NCBI RefSeq assembly: GCF_000281045.1
Contig: NW_008246105.1
Location: 219,762 to 283,761 of the forward strand
From: Saprolegnia diclina VS20
Lineage: Eukaryota
Length of the DNA: 64,000 bases
Direction of reading: 5' to 3'
Shown here: positions 12,661 through 23,439 of the stretch, piece after piece
Numbering within the stretch: position 1 is the first letter of the stretch
Layout: each line of letters opens with the position of its first letter
The notes under the pieces: generated by a model
Told to the model about the DNA's origin: nothing
The model's database searches: none
What the model saw: only the letters and a program-made list of their open reading frames with translations
Made by a program: the position numbers and the translations under genes

Positions 12661-14379
12661 TCACATCGACTTGACATTCGTGGGGCGGTTCTGGAGCCCC
12701 GTGTTGAGCTGCTGCAGCGCAGAAGTCCACTTGGCGAGGGCCTCGACCGTCTTGACGTTCGTCTCGCGCGACCTACGCATTTGTGTGAGCCATATTGCTC
12801 TCTCCGAAGCCTTCTACCGCTGGTGCTCTAAGCTGAAGAGCACGCCGCGCTGCTGGTCGATCTTGCGGTGCAAGCGACCGTCGTTGATGAGTTCGACCAT
12901 GAGCAACTCCACGTCTTCGACCGGAATATTCATGTCCTACAAGAAAAGTGTGTGCTCAAGACGATCGCAAGCACCCTGTGCTGTCGTACGCTCGCAATCG
13001 ATGCCAAAAGCACCGACTGGTACGGGCCCACGAGCTTCAAGATGACTTGCGAACGAATGTTGCGCAGGAGCGGGTCCAAGTACCTACGTAGGATTCGAAA
13101 TGCAAACAAGAAGGCGGAATGGCGCACCGCTTCATGAGAGGATCGCTGCTGATTTGGTTCTTGGGGTTCTTGAGGATCTTTTCAAACTGCTGAATGTCGT
13201 TGCTGTCGTACGCAGCGCGAAGGAGCAACATCGCGTTGATCTCGTCCACGTCCTTGAAGACCTTGGCCTCGCGCGAGTCGAACGGGTTGATGTCCGAGCT
13301 TGCCAGCATGTTGGCCAGGACGACATACTTGAGGCACTGCTTGGCGCGAGCGTTGCCTGCTTCCTAAGTGCATCGATGACATGAGCCGACTGCAGCCAGA
13401 AATGTAAACGAACCTGGTAGTTGCGGAACGACTCGAAGAACTCGTTGTACGCATCCATCCACAAGCTTTCGCTCATGTACATCTTGCCGCCCTCTTCGCG
13501 GATGACGCTGCAAGACAAGGTCAGCATGCGCCTTCCTGGGCAAGGCCACATTACCCCATGATGCGAGGGTCCGAGATGGCCGCGTCCAAGCCGAGCGTCT
13601 TTGGGTACAACACCTTCATCTTCTTCGTGTCGTTCGTGGCCGTGCAGAGCTAATCCATGTGTGAGCATTTATGGTGCTTGTCCTCGGCGTCGTACCTGAA
13701 TCTCCAAGCAGTAGACATCGAGGAGCGACGTCGCCTTGCTCGTGTCGTCCGAGCCGTCGGGCAGCTTGCACGACGCATGCAGCTCCTCCAAGACGCGATG
13801 TAGCGGCGCGTAGTCGCCAAGTTCGAGGTAGAGCTTCCCGAGCTTGATGTTGGTTTGGAACCAGAGGCGGTCGTTGCTCGCGACGCGGAGCGCGTCGAGC
13901 GTCATCGTGTACATCTTGGAGATGATCGTGGCCGAGAGCGACGAGACGATGTCGAGGATGCTGTTGATCGAGTCCGTGCACTCGTTGCGCGTGACGTTCG
14001 GGAGGAGCTGGAGCATCTCGGCGTAGTGACCGACCATCTCGTCGGGCTTGCCGAGGTGCGCGCAGAGCTTGACGATGTTCTCGAGCGACATGAAGCGGTA
14101 CTTGGTGTTGTCCTTCTCCTTGGACGTCGACTCGCTTTGGAGTGACACGACCTGGAGAAAGAGCTGGAGGGCGCGGGTCGGATCCGAGTTCTTGCAGTCG
14201 TCTGCCTCGTAGAAGGTGTTCTAGGTACCGCCATGAGCCCCGTCGTCGCCTCGCTCCTCATGTACCTCGATCTTGACGGCCGTCTCGTCAACCATCTCTT
14301 CCTCGCCCTCGTCCGGCTGGGAGCCGCCATAGTCGCTCTCGTACTCGTACTCGTACTCGCTTCCTTCGTCGGAGCTCAT
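12661..14379 (-). CDS. COPS2: COP9 signalosome subunit 2 (PCI domain), multi-exon
   Basis: Acidic MSSDEGSEYEYEY start; NDRLWFQTNIKLGKLY, LLDVYCLEIQ, VIREEGGKM, FFESFRNY, INPFDSREAK. Confidence 0.9.
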
Positions 14380-14540
14380 GATTCTCTCTGTCAAGCTAAA
14401 ATCCTGGCCCCTGTCGCCAGCCCATACAAACTTCAAGCAGATTTAAATGTGGCATTTCCCACCATATGTGCCGAAAATAAGAAACAATCCATTCCGAATG
14501 GACCAATAGCATCGCGCCTTGCACACTTGAATTTGGCTCG

Positions 14541-15459
14541 ATGGCGAAGCGCGGATCAAACGCAAGCTTCCGCGCCCTGCGGTCGCTCTTCAAGGACGTC
14601 GAGTTGCCTCCGTCGATCAAGCCCCATGAAGAAGCCTTCGTGAAGCGCGTCTTCTCGGCCCTCGAGTCGCAGCGCATGGCCAGCCTCAGCTCGAGCGAGA
14701 AGGCCGACCTGCCCGGTGGCGATGTCCCCGAAATCGCATTTGCCGGACGCTCGAATGTCGGCAAGTCATCGCTCATCAACGCTCTGACGTCGTCCACGAT
14801 CATGAAGGCGTCCAAGACGCCTGGTCGGACGCAGCTGCTGCACTTTGTGTCGGTGGGCGGCAAGCCCGGTGGCCAGCCCGACATTGCACTTGTCGATATG
14901 CCTGGTACCATCATCACCAACATGAGATACTCATTCCTCATGCTCGGATGTAGGATATGGCTTTGCGCAAGCGCCTAAGTCGATGGTGGACGACTGGCAT
15001 CGCCTTGTCGGTCGCTATATTAAGCATCGCACGGGCAGCAACCTCAAGCATGGTACGCTACCTCGTCCTGCCACGATCGCATTTTATTGGTCATCTCTAG
15101 TGTTTCTGCTCATCGACAGTCGTCGCGGCATTACGTCGGTGGATCAGGACTTTATGGACCTCATGGAAGACCTCGACACAGACTTCCAGGTCGTCTTCAC
15201 CAAGGTCGACGCGCTCTCGACAGCTGCTCTTGAGAAGACAATCGCGACGGCCGAGGCCAGCGTTCAAAAGTACATGCGCATGCATCCCATTTTGCACCTA
15301 CTGAGCTCGAAAGAGAATCTCGGTGTGCGTGAGATTCGCAACCAAATCGTCACCATGAGTGGTGTCCTCTCGACGCTCCAAACCAAGGCCCAAAAGCGCC
15401 AGAACAAGGAGCTCGAAGCCGAGGCAGCTCTTCTTGAACAGACACCGCCCACACCGTAG
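14541..15459 (+). CDS. engB: EngB/YihA/YsxC-family ribosome biogenesis GTPase (organellar type), 2 introns
   Basis: [20 protein letters not shown] (G1), SKTPGRTQ (G2), VDMPG|YGFA (G3), TKVD (G4). Confidence 0.9.
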
Positions 15460-15566
15460 CGCTCTCAAGAAATCTGTGCATTACCGTCACTACAGGCGCA
15501 TGACGGAAATGAGTTCTTAGGCCCAGCGCTATACTACAAGTAATTGATTAAAATAGAGATGCAAAG

Positions 15567-16789
15567 CTAAACAATGTTGTTTTGGTGCTGGCTGTGGAAC
15601 GCCGCCCAGCGACACTTGGCGTACGCTTCAAAGTCAAAGTCGATCGTCGACTGCGTCGCCTGGATAAAGCCCCACAACGACCAAAACAGGTGCGTCGCCA
15701 GCGCATACGTGTTGGCTTCATTCCGCAGNNNNNNNNNNNNNNNNNNNNNNNNNNNNNNNNNNNNNNNNNNNNNNNNNNNNNNNNNNNNNNNNNNNNNNNN
15801 NNNNNNNNNNNNNNNNNNNNNNNNNNNNNNNNNNNNNNNNNNNNNNNNNNNNNNNNNNNNNNNNNNNNNNNNNNNNNNNNNNNNNNNNNNNNNNNNNNNN
15901 NNNNNNNNNNNNNNNNNNNNNNNNNNNNNNNNNNNNNNNNNNNNNNNNNNNNNNNNNNNNNNNNNNNNNNNNNNNNNNNNNNNNNNNNNNNNNNNNNNNN
16001 NNNNNNNNNNNNNNNNNNNNNNNNNNNNNNNNNNNNNNNNNNNNNNNNNNNNNNNNNNNNNNNNNNNNNNNNNNNNNNNNNNNNNNNNNNNNNNNNNNNN
16101 NNNNNNNNNNNNNNNNNNNNNNNNNNNNNNNNNNNNNNNNNNNNNNNNGGGCGGCAGTCAATGTCGACGTTGACGTCGTGGAAGGCGCGGAGCTTGCGCG
16201 CAATCTTGGTCGAGATGAGCGGGTCGCGGATGTCGGCGGCCGTGCACGTGGCGCCGTCGATCATGGTCTCGACGCGGCCATTGTCAAACTCGCCGAGGAG
16301 CCCGACTCTAAATGACATCACTTTGATGAGCGAGTACAAAGTACAGAAGCCATACCCGAGCTCGTAGCGCGCGAGCTGTTGGAAGACTTGCATCTCTTCG
16401 TTTCGCTCAAAGAAGCTGTCGGTGCCCGCGCCATAGACGCGGAGAAGCACTTTTGAGTTGACTGGTGTTGGCTTCGTGCACGTGAAGATGACGTTGGTCA
16501 TGGCCCCTACGATAAATCATGCATACATAATCCAGCGTGGCGTAGGAGGAGTACCGCTGAGGTGCGTCAGCACGACATCCTTTGGTGCTGCCTGTTCCCA
16601 GCCTGGTACAATGGTGTTCAACGCCTTTGTGATGTTGGCGCGGAGCAGCTCGGGTTGGTCGAGGGCCGCGAGGTCGACTGTTAAGCGCTGGTCTGCTTCT
16701 GCAAGGGCTGCCTGCAAGCTTAGCCAGTTCGAGCCAAGATGACGTGGAGCGCGGAGAGCACGGCGCGCAACGGTGCGGGCAGCCAACAT
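15567..16789 (-). CDS. Choline/ethanolamine kinase paralog 1 (2 introns; central part in N-gap)
   Basis: G|AMTNVIF, LLRVYG, GRVETMI before the gap; LFWSLWGFIQA...WAAFHSQHQNNIV* after it. Start could alternatively be 16828. Confidence 0.85.
15729..16148. other. Assembly gap (420 N)
   Basis: Run of N; both flanks match paralog 2, where the same interval is 412 nt. Confidence 1.
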
Positions 16790-17179
16790 GACGGTGTCGT
16801 CTTGGGTTGAAGTCGACAAGTGCGACATAGACCATGCCTTTGGTATCGTGCGACATGGCCCGTCTACAGCGGCTAAAATCACGCAACCATCTCGGCGTTT
16901 TCTCGGATATGTCTCTTTTTCACTATTGGCAGCGCCGCCCAGTGCAACTGACAATTCCTGAAGGCCTTTGAAACCTCCAGCGGCCACCAAGAAGTCTGCG
17001 ACGGGTCAAAGTCGCCACATTGGCTTGGTACTACGTATCTGTTCGTCAATAATCGCTGTGATGCAAAGCGTCGTTATAAATGCCGAGCACCCGTGGCGAA
17101 CGCAGCTCCTCCATGAGCTCTAAGAAGCGTGCAAATAGCCTACGTCTGCAATGCTGTCCATTTCAAATCCCTGCAGAAT

Positions 17180-17325
17180 TTGATTGGCCGAAGCGAGATG
17201 ACACAGTTGGACGGCGCATTGTACGGTGGCGTTCCATTGGCTGAAACATGGGGATATTGTTGCATTTTCGTTCGAGACGTTTCATTTGATTGGCCATCAG
17301 GTGTTGACACAACACTGATTGGCCA
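17180..17325. promoter_or_regulatory. Cluster of inverted CCAAT boxes in the divergent CK1 / cardiolipin synthase intergenic region
   Basis: TGATTGG at about 17181, 17287 and 17316, plus CATTGG at about 17235. Confidence 0.45.
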
Positions 17326-17351
17326 AAATGGGGACCCACTGCATTCCGACA

Positions 17352-18260
17352 ATGGCGACGATGCTCTCGCGCCGCCTGAGCCTCGCCCAGGCGCGCCAGC
17401 TCCTTGCGCCGCGCTTATCAAAGTCAGCAACGTCGACCTCTGGGCCAGCGCTTGCTCGCTTTCTGCACGCCGCGCCGCCGTCAAAAGAGAAGGCGAACAA
17501 CCCGCATCAAGTCCTCACGCTGCCGAACGCGATCACGTTCACTCGGATTCTATCGACGCCGTACCTTGGCTACCTCATTGTCTCGGGCAGCTATCCTGCT
17601 GCCATTGGAGGTACGGAATTGCGTCTTCCTCGCGCATCATTTCACGCAAAACTAGTGCTTGGCGCGGCCGGATTCTCCGACTGGTTGGACGGGTACCTCG
17701 CCCGAAAGCTCGACCAAAAGGTGTACCTGCATGTGCATGGCCTTGGCAGAGATTCATTCACATGGCTAGACGATCGTGGGTACATTTCTCGACCCGCTCG
17801 CCGACAAGGTCATGGTCGGCACGCTCTGCGTGAGCATGGGCTACGCAGGTTTGCTGCCGCTCCCGCTTGTCGTTGTGATCTTTGGCCGGGACCTCCTGCT
17901 CATTGGCGGCACGCTCTACCATCGGTACCACACAAAGACAAACAGCTCGGCATTCTTCCAGACGGACGACCTCACGTCATTCGAAGTGAACCCGAGCAAC
18001 CTCTCCAAGGCCAACACGGCCCTGCAGTTTGCCACGCTCGGCGGCGCGCTCCTCAACGCCGCGTTTCAAATGCCGGGCGACCTGGCCATGAATGTCATGT
18101 TGTACGTCTGCCACGTCATTTCCTTGTCCTTTGTGCGCACGATTCATCCCTCTTATGTGGTTGTAGTGGCTCAGTCGCTCTCTCGACGTTCGCCTCTGGC
18201 AGTATGTACCTGCGCGACTACCTCAACAAATCGGGCATGTTCCAGCATTTGAAAAAGTAA
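17352..18260 (+). CDS. CRLS1: Cardiolipin synthase (CDP-alcohol phosphatidyltransferase), 3 introns
   Basis: Mitochondrial-type presequence, TLPNAITFTRI, and CDP-alcohol motif DWLDGYLARK...GTFLDPLADK. Confidence 0.88.
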   Translation: MATMLSRRLSLAQARQLLAPRLSKSATSTSGPALARFLHAAPPSKEKANNPHQVLTLPNAITFTRILSTPYLGYLIVSGSYPAAIGGTELRLPRASFHAKLVLGAAGFSDWLDGYLARKLDQKVYLHVHGLGRDSFTWLDDRGYISRPARRQGHGRHALREHGLRRFAAAPACRCDLWPGPPAHWRHALPSVPHKDKQLGILPDGRPHVIRSEPEQPLQGQHGPAVCHARRRAPQRRVSNAGRPGHECHVVRLPRHFLVLCAHDSSLLCGCSGSVALSTFASGSMYLRDYLNKSGMFQHLKK

Positions 18261-18296
18261 CTTAACAATTTAGAGACCTGTTAAAGCGATCCCCTC

Positions 18297-19461
18297 CTAT
18301 TCGACACGCAGCGTTGCTCGGGTCTGGAACGCCGCCCAGCGACACTTGGCGTACGCTTCAAAGTCAAAGTCGATCGTCGACTGCGTCGCCTGGATAAAGC
18401 CCCACAACGACCAAAACAGGTGCGTCGCCAGCGCATACGTGTTGGCTTCATTCCGCAGCGACTCCACGTCCGCCTCGGTCGGCGCGCCGTCCGCTTCCAA
18501 GTACGCGCGGCAGAACGCCCGCTGCTCGTCCACGCTCGGGTACGTCGCAAAGTCGCCGAGGTGCGGCGTCTCGCCGTGGTAGTTGTAGCACCACTCGCTA
18601 AAGTGGTTGCCGAGGTCGTACCCGCGCGGGTTGTAGTGGCTGTACTCGAAATCGATAAAGACCACGTCGTCCGTCTTGCTCGAGAGCATGATGTTGCCGT
18701 ACTGCAGGTCGTTGTGGCAAAACACGATCGGCGACGGCACAGCCGCCAGCATCGTCTCGAGCGTCGCAATATCATGACCGAACGCGTCAAAGTCGACTGC
18801 GATCGTAGCGGAGGCAGCGACCTTGGACTTGGCGTCGCGGAAGAGTTTGTGGATGTTCTTGAGGATGCGTGGGCGGCAGTCAATGTCGACGTTGACGTCG
18901 TGGAAGGCGCGGAGCTTGCGCGCAATCTTGGTCGAGATGAGCGGGTCGCGGATGTCGGCGGCCGTGCACGTGGCGCCGTCGATCATTGTCTCGAAGCGAC
19001 CGTTCCCGAATTCGCCGAGAAGCCCAACGCTATGCATGGTCCAAGTCGTTAATTGCATGCCAAGCGGCTCTAAATGGACGCACCCCATTTCGCGCTCCGA
19101 GAGCTGCTGGAAGACAAGGGTTTCCTCGCCGCGGGAGAAGAAGGCATCCGTGCCAGGGCCATAGACGCGCAGGAGGACCTTCTTGTTTGGCGGTGTTGGC
19201 TTCTCGCACGCAAAGATGACGTTGGTCATAGCACCTACCACGGCCCAATAAGTTTCTTATTGCTAGCCAATGTGATTTGATACCGCTCAAATGTGTGATG
19301 GCAATGTCGTCCAGCGCGACGTTGGCCCAGCCAGGGACCGTGGTGGCGAGGGCACCTGCGACCTGGCGGCGGAGACCTTCATTCTCGCGCTCAAAAGAGG
19401 CAGCTGCCTTCAAGTAGGAGGTGACGTTGAGGGTCGAGGGGGACGCGTCGCTCTTCGCCAT
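18297..19461 (-). CDS. Choline/ethanolamine kinase paralog 2 (2 introns)
   Basis: Brenner motif FCHNDLQYGNIM and choline-kinase motif FIDFEYSHYNPRGYDLGNHFSEW. Confidence 0.92.
18325..18986 (-). repeat. 662-bp near-identical segment; inverted copy of 21487-22148 and direct copy of the CK1 segment spanning the gap
   Basis: By-eye comparison with the reverse complement of 21487-22148 shows about 7 mismatches. Confidence 0.92.
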
Positions 19462-21073
19462 GACTCGGTGACTGCGGCGACTTCTAAAGGAAAAGGCGAT
19501 TGGAACCCAATTCGGGATCCTTCAAGAAAAATGGGAAAGGCGCGTTGAGATTGCACCAGTCAAATCGCGCCATTTCGATGGACCAATCAGCGCTTTCCAC
19601 GTAGGCGAGTGGATACTACAGTGGCATCTAGCCGTCGCAAATGGCAGAGTCGTCCAATTGACAAAAAGAGGTACGCTGATCCACCGGTGTGTTTTCCGCG
19701 CTTTTCACCCACATTTTTCACATGCGTGGTAATTGTCGGCCGTCGCGCGCTCCCGCTTGTTGCCGTCTGTTGACGCCGAAGCGGCTTCGCCGTCGCCAGA
19801 CCCTTGAACTAAGAGACCCAGAGAACACAGCCCAAAGAAGATCTCAAATATGTTCACCGATACTAGAGCATGATATGCCTGGCCGCGACCGTCTCTTACT
19901 GGGACCTGCACTGCTGCTTGTAGACACATTTAGCAACGACGTTTTGCCTAGCCGAACGCTGATTGCCTCCAATGGCGCTGGTCCCACAATCCACACCACG
20001 GAGTCGCGTCCTCCGCTTCCTTGCCGTTGTTCATAGAGCAATTCGGAATCGGGTTCTTTTTTCCCACGACGTGGGATTTAAACACTCGGTTTCTCACACG
20101 TTTCTCACCTGGCTCTGGACCAAATGCCAAAACAGATGGCACAAAACAAGATACCGTGGACAGCCTCAAGATTTGGGGTAGCATGGAGGCGGCCATCGAG
20201 ACGCCGCGCGCGCCATTCATTCCATGCGAGTGTGTTTGCTGCACAGGTGATATAGAGGCAGCAGCAGCGCGGTGCAAGGCCATGCGAGGAGGTGGAGCAT
20301 TGATGCCACCTTGGCATCCGTCGGCGGCAAGACGGTGTTCTCACGACGTGCAGCTGGGTGCCGGGTCTGCGTCGAGTCGACACTTGGGTTGAAGCGCCAT
20401 CGTGGGTCGTGATTGACCGCTGAATATTTTGGCCAACGACACCCAGCGCTCACCGCCAGGGGCCACAACACCAATGGACCACTAGTCACTACTAGAGCGT
20501 GGTGGATAACGTAACGAATTATTGGCTCCAGAGAGCTCTCCAGAGCAGACGTTGCCCGCGGAAACAAGCAATTGGGAACTGTATCAAACGGCCAAAGGTC
20601 AAATTTTGCGTGAATGAACGTGGCATTAATCCCACACCTTGGGGATCGACGTCGTGTCTTGCGGCCGTCGGACGCTCGATCTGAGCCAGACACACGCATT
20701 TGTACACGGAGCACGATCGGCCATGGAATCCTGCCATGGTACGTGCACATACCACCACCCAACGGGTCGAGGTTTCGAGAATGCGCTGACGTCAGTACCG
20801 AAGAGACCTCTCCGCTTCGGAGGTTGAAGGTTGGAGGTTGGCGGTGCGGGTAACGACCGAGGCAACTGGCCAGAGCACGCATGTGCAGTAGCCAAAAGGC
20901 CATTGAACTGGAGTGTCTGGAGCGCTATCGTGCATTAAAGCAGCCCAATGGAGCGCCGACTTCAAGAAATCGTCCTGGACGACGTCGCAGCAGGTGGCCA
21001 CGGCGTCCCACTCTCGGTCGGTCGCTCGACGAATCACAGCCAAGGATGGCCGAACCCAGCATTCTTTTTCTTT

Positions 21074-21090
21074 GGTCATTTCCGAATTTG
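21074..21090 (+). promoter_or_regulatory. Oomycete INR+FPR element upstream of CK3
   Basis: GGTCATTTCCGAATTTG ends 15 nt before ATG 21106. Confidence 0.55.
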
Positions 21091-21105
21091 CCTGGACCAG
21101 CACAC

Positions 21106-22173
21106 ATGGCCCCGAACACAACCCTCCGCGCCGACTCGAGCAACATCTCGATCGCGATGCACGTCGACATCCCGGACGCGCTCGACAACCAGCCGGAGCT
21201 CCTCCGCCGCGAGATCTCCAAGGCGCTCGGCTGCGTCGTCTCGGGCTGGGAGAACGTGTCGCCGGCCGACGTGACGATCCAACACCTCAGCGGCGCCATG
21301 ACCAACGTCATCTTTGCGTGCGAGAAGAAGACCCAACACAACCGCAAGGTCCTCCTGCGCATCTACGGCACGGGCACCGACGCGTTCTTTGAGCGCAGCG
21401 AAGAGATGCACGTCTTCCAGCAGCTCTCGCAGTTTGACCTGGGCGTTGGCCTCCTCGGCGAGTTTGACAATGGCCGCGTCGAGACCATGATCGACGGCGC
21501 CACGTGCACGGCCGCCGACATCCGCGACCCGCTCATCTCGACCAAGATTGCGCGCAAGCTCCGCGCCTTCCACGACGTCAACGTCGACATTGACTGCCGC
21601 CCACGCATCCTCAAGAACATCCACAAACTCTTCCGCGACGCCAAGTCCAAGGTCGCTGCCTCCGCTACAATCGCAGTCGACTTTGACGCGTTCGCCCACG
21701 ACATTGCGACGCTCGAGACGATGCTGGCGGCCGTGCCGTCGCCGATCGTGTTTTGCCACAACGACCTGCAGTACGGCAACATCATGCTCTCGAGCAAGAC
21801 GGACGACGTGGTCTTTATCGATTTCGAGTACAGCCACTACAACCCGCGCGGGTACGACCTCGGCAACCACTTTAGCGAGTGGTGCTACAACTACCACGGC
21901 GAGACGCCGCACCTCGGCGACTTTGCGACGTACCCGAGCGTGGACGAGCAGCGGGCGTTCTGCCGCGCGTACTTGGAAGCGGACGGCGCGCCGACCGAGG
22001 CGGACGTGGAGTCACTGCGGAATGAAGCCAACACGTATGCGCTGGCGACGCACCTGTTTTGGTCGTTGTGGGGCTTTATCCAGGCGACGCAGTCGACGAT
22101 CGACTTTGACTTTGAAGCGTACGCCAAGTGTCGCTGGGCGGCGTTCCACAGCCAGCGCCAGGCCACCGTCTAA
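21106..22173 (+). CDS. Choline/ethanolamine kinase paralog 3, intronless
   Basis: Uninterrupted ORF with LSGAMTN, FCHNDLQYGN and FIDFEYS; start chosen from the INR/FPR position. Confidence 0.92.
   Translation: MAPNTTLRADSSNISIAMHVDIPDALDNQPELLRREISKALGCVVSGWENVSPADVTIQHLSGAMTNVIFACEKKTQHNRKVLLRIYGTGTDAFFERSEEMHVFQQLSQFDLGVGLLGEFDNGRVETMIDGATCTAADIRDPLISTKIARKLRAFHDVNVDIDCRPRILKNIHKLFRDAKSKVAASATIAVDFDAFAHDIATLETMLAAVPSPIVFCHNDLQYGNIMLSSKTDDVVFIDFEYSHYNPRGYDLGNHFSEWCYNYHGETPHLGDFATYPSVDEQRAFCRAYLEADGAPTEADVESLRNEANTYALATHLFWSLWGFIQATQSTIDFDFEAYAKCRWAAFHSQRQATV
21487..22148 (+). repeat. Partner arm of the 662-bp inverted repeat (catalytic half of CK3)
   Basis: Reverse complement of 18325-18986 at about 99% identity by eye. 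Confidence 0.92.
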
Positions 22174-22434
22174 GTCTCGGCATATGTGTGTATGTGGTAT
22201 TGTCGACTAATATAAGCTATTTGAACTTTTCTACAAGTCTAGTTGTACAATTGTACATACATCTAACGTTAGGCGCAATAAGTTCGATCGTCTTAGAGGC
22301 CTTTGGGTCGAAGTAGGAGGCGTCAGGGTAGCTATCCACACATTTTGCTCGGCCACCACTCACTGCAACACAGGTATCACTTCATCGTGTTATCGTGGGC
22401 AGCATCGGCCTGTCCGACGCGCCAGAGCTGCAGA

Positions 22435-23120
22435 TCACACGCTCGTTTGGCCGTTTTGCGTCAGTCGCATGATCGGGTGGCGCTCGAGCTGGTTCATCTC
22501 TTGAAGGATCTACATGGTGAAGGTCATGGCAAGTTGCACGTTTTAGGTTGTATCGGCTTGGGTACCTTGGCGGTGTTGTAGCGCAGCTCGTGGAATTGCT
22601 GCAGCGGCAGCTCTGTGACGCGGATCGTGCCATCCGTCAATCGGAAGCGGAGCACGACGGTCGGCTGCCAAATGGGCGCAATCGAGCTCGTTGCAACGGT
22701 AATATCGACTCGCCTGTACAGCACCGACGTCGTCTTCATATGCAGTACGGAGTCTCATACACCGCGTACCAGTCCAGTCGGTGCAGGTGCGCGATGGCCG
22801 CACCAGGCGTCCTGGCTTGCAGCTCTGTTGTGTGGCGCAAGATTGCAGCCACAAGCGGTGGAGGAAGGGACGCCTTAGCAATCGCGTCTGTCGCTCCCAC
22901 TAGATCATCGGCGATCTCAGCCAGAAGCGCTCGCATGGCGGTCATTGGCGCGTCGCTTGGCGCGTTGTGTGGCAGCTATCGCGTCGCGCAATGAGCAACG
23001 ATGGCTGTGCATCTAGCGACGCACCTCGTGAACGACCGACGTGAACGATGCTACAGCGTCCACCGCGGGGGTGGCGGCCAGCGCCGCCGCCACCTCATCG
23101 ACTGCTCCTTGCAGGCCCAT
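22435..23120 (-). CDS. COMM-domain protein, COMMD5-like (3 introns)
   Basis: Spliced LDW|RVDITVATSS...PTVVLRFRLTDG...FHELRYNTAK|IFKEMNQLE is a typical C-terminal COMM domain. First exon MGLQGAVDE inferred by splicing. Confidence 0.75.
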
Positions 23121-23439
23121 CGTCAATCGGATTTTGGATCGCACCACCTACGTTATATAGTGTTAGTTTGAAATTCGAGCTCGTGGAAAAGCCAAAGCCG
23201 GAAGCTCCGCATAAGGACCCTTGGTATTAAACCATAGCGAGCAAGGAGCGCGGGTCGACTCTTTGCCTGCTTTAGCGGAGTTGCGCAGTACGATCACGTG
23301 TGTACTCCACGTCGTCGTCCAAGCTCGCTTTGCCCTTCCGCTTGCGTCCGAAGCCTTAGGCTAGAGTCGGCGAAGCTTAGGCCTGGTTCAGATTCATCCA
23401 ATCAAATGACGCGACGTCACATGCAAATACACGGAGACA

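Noticed and set aside
12585..13045. Long C-terminal extension of the pyridoxal kinase ORF
   Set aside because: Read-through of introns into the antisense strand of CSN2; the spliced gene stops at 12584.
18325..22148. Inverted repeat as transposon terminal inverted repeats
   Set aside because: The arms are kinase coding sequence and no transposase is recognisable between them.
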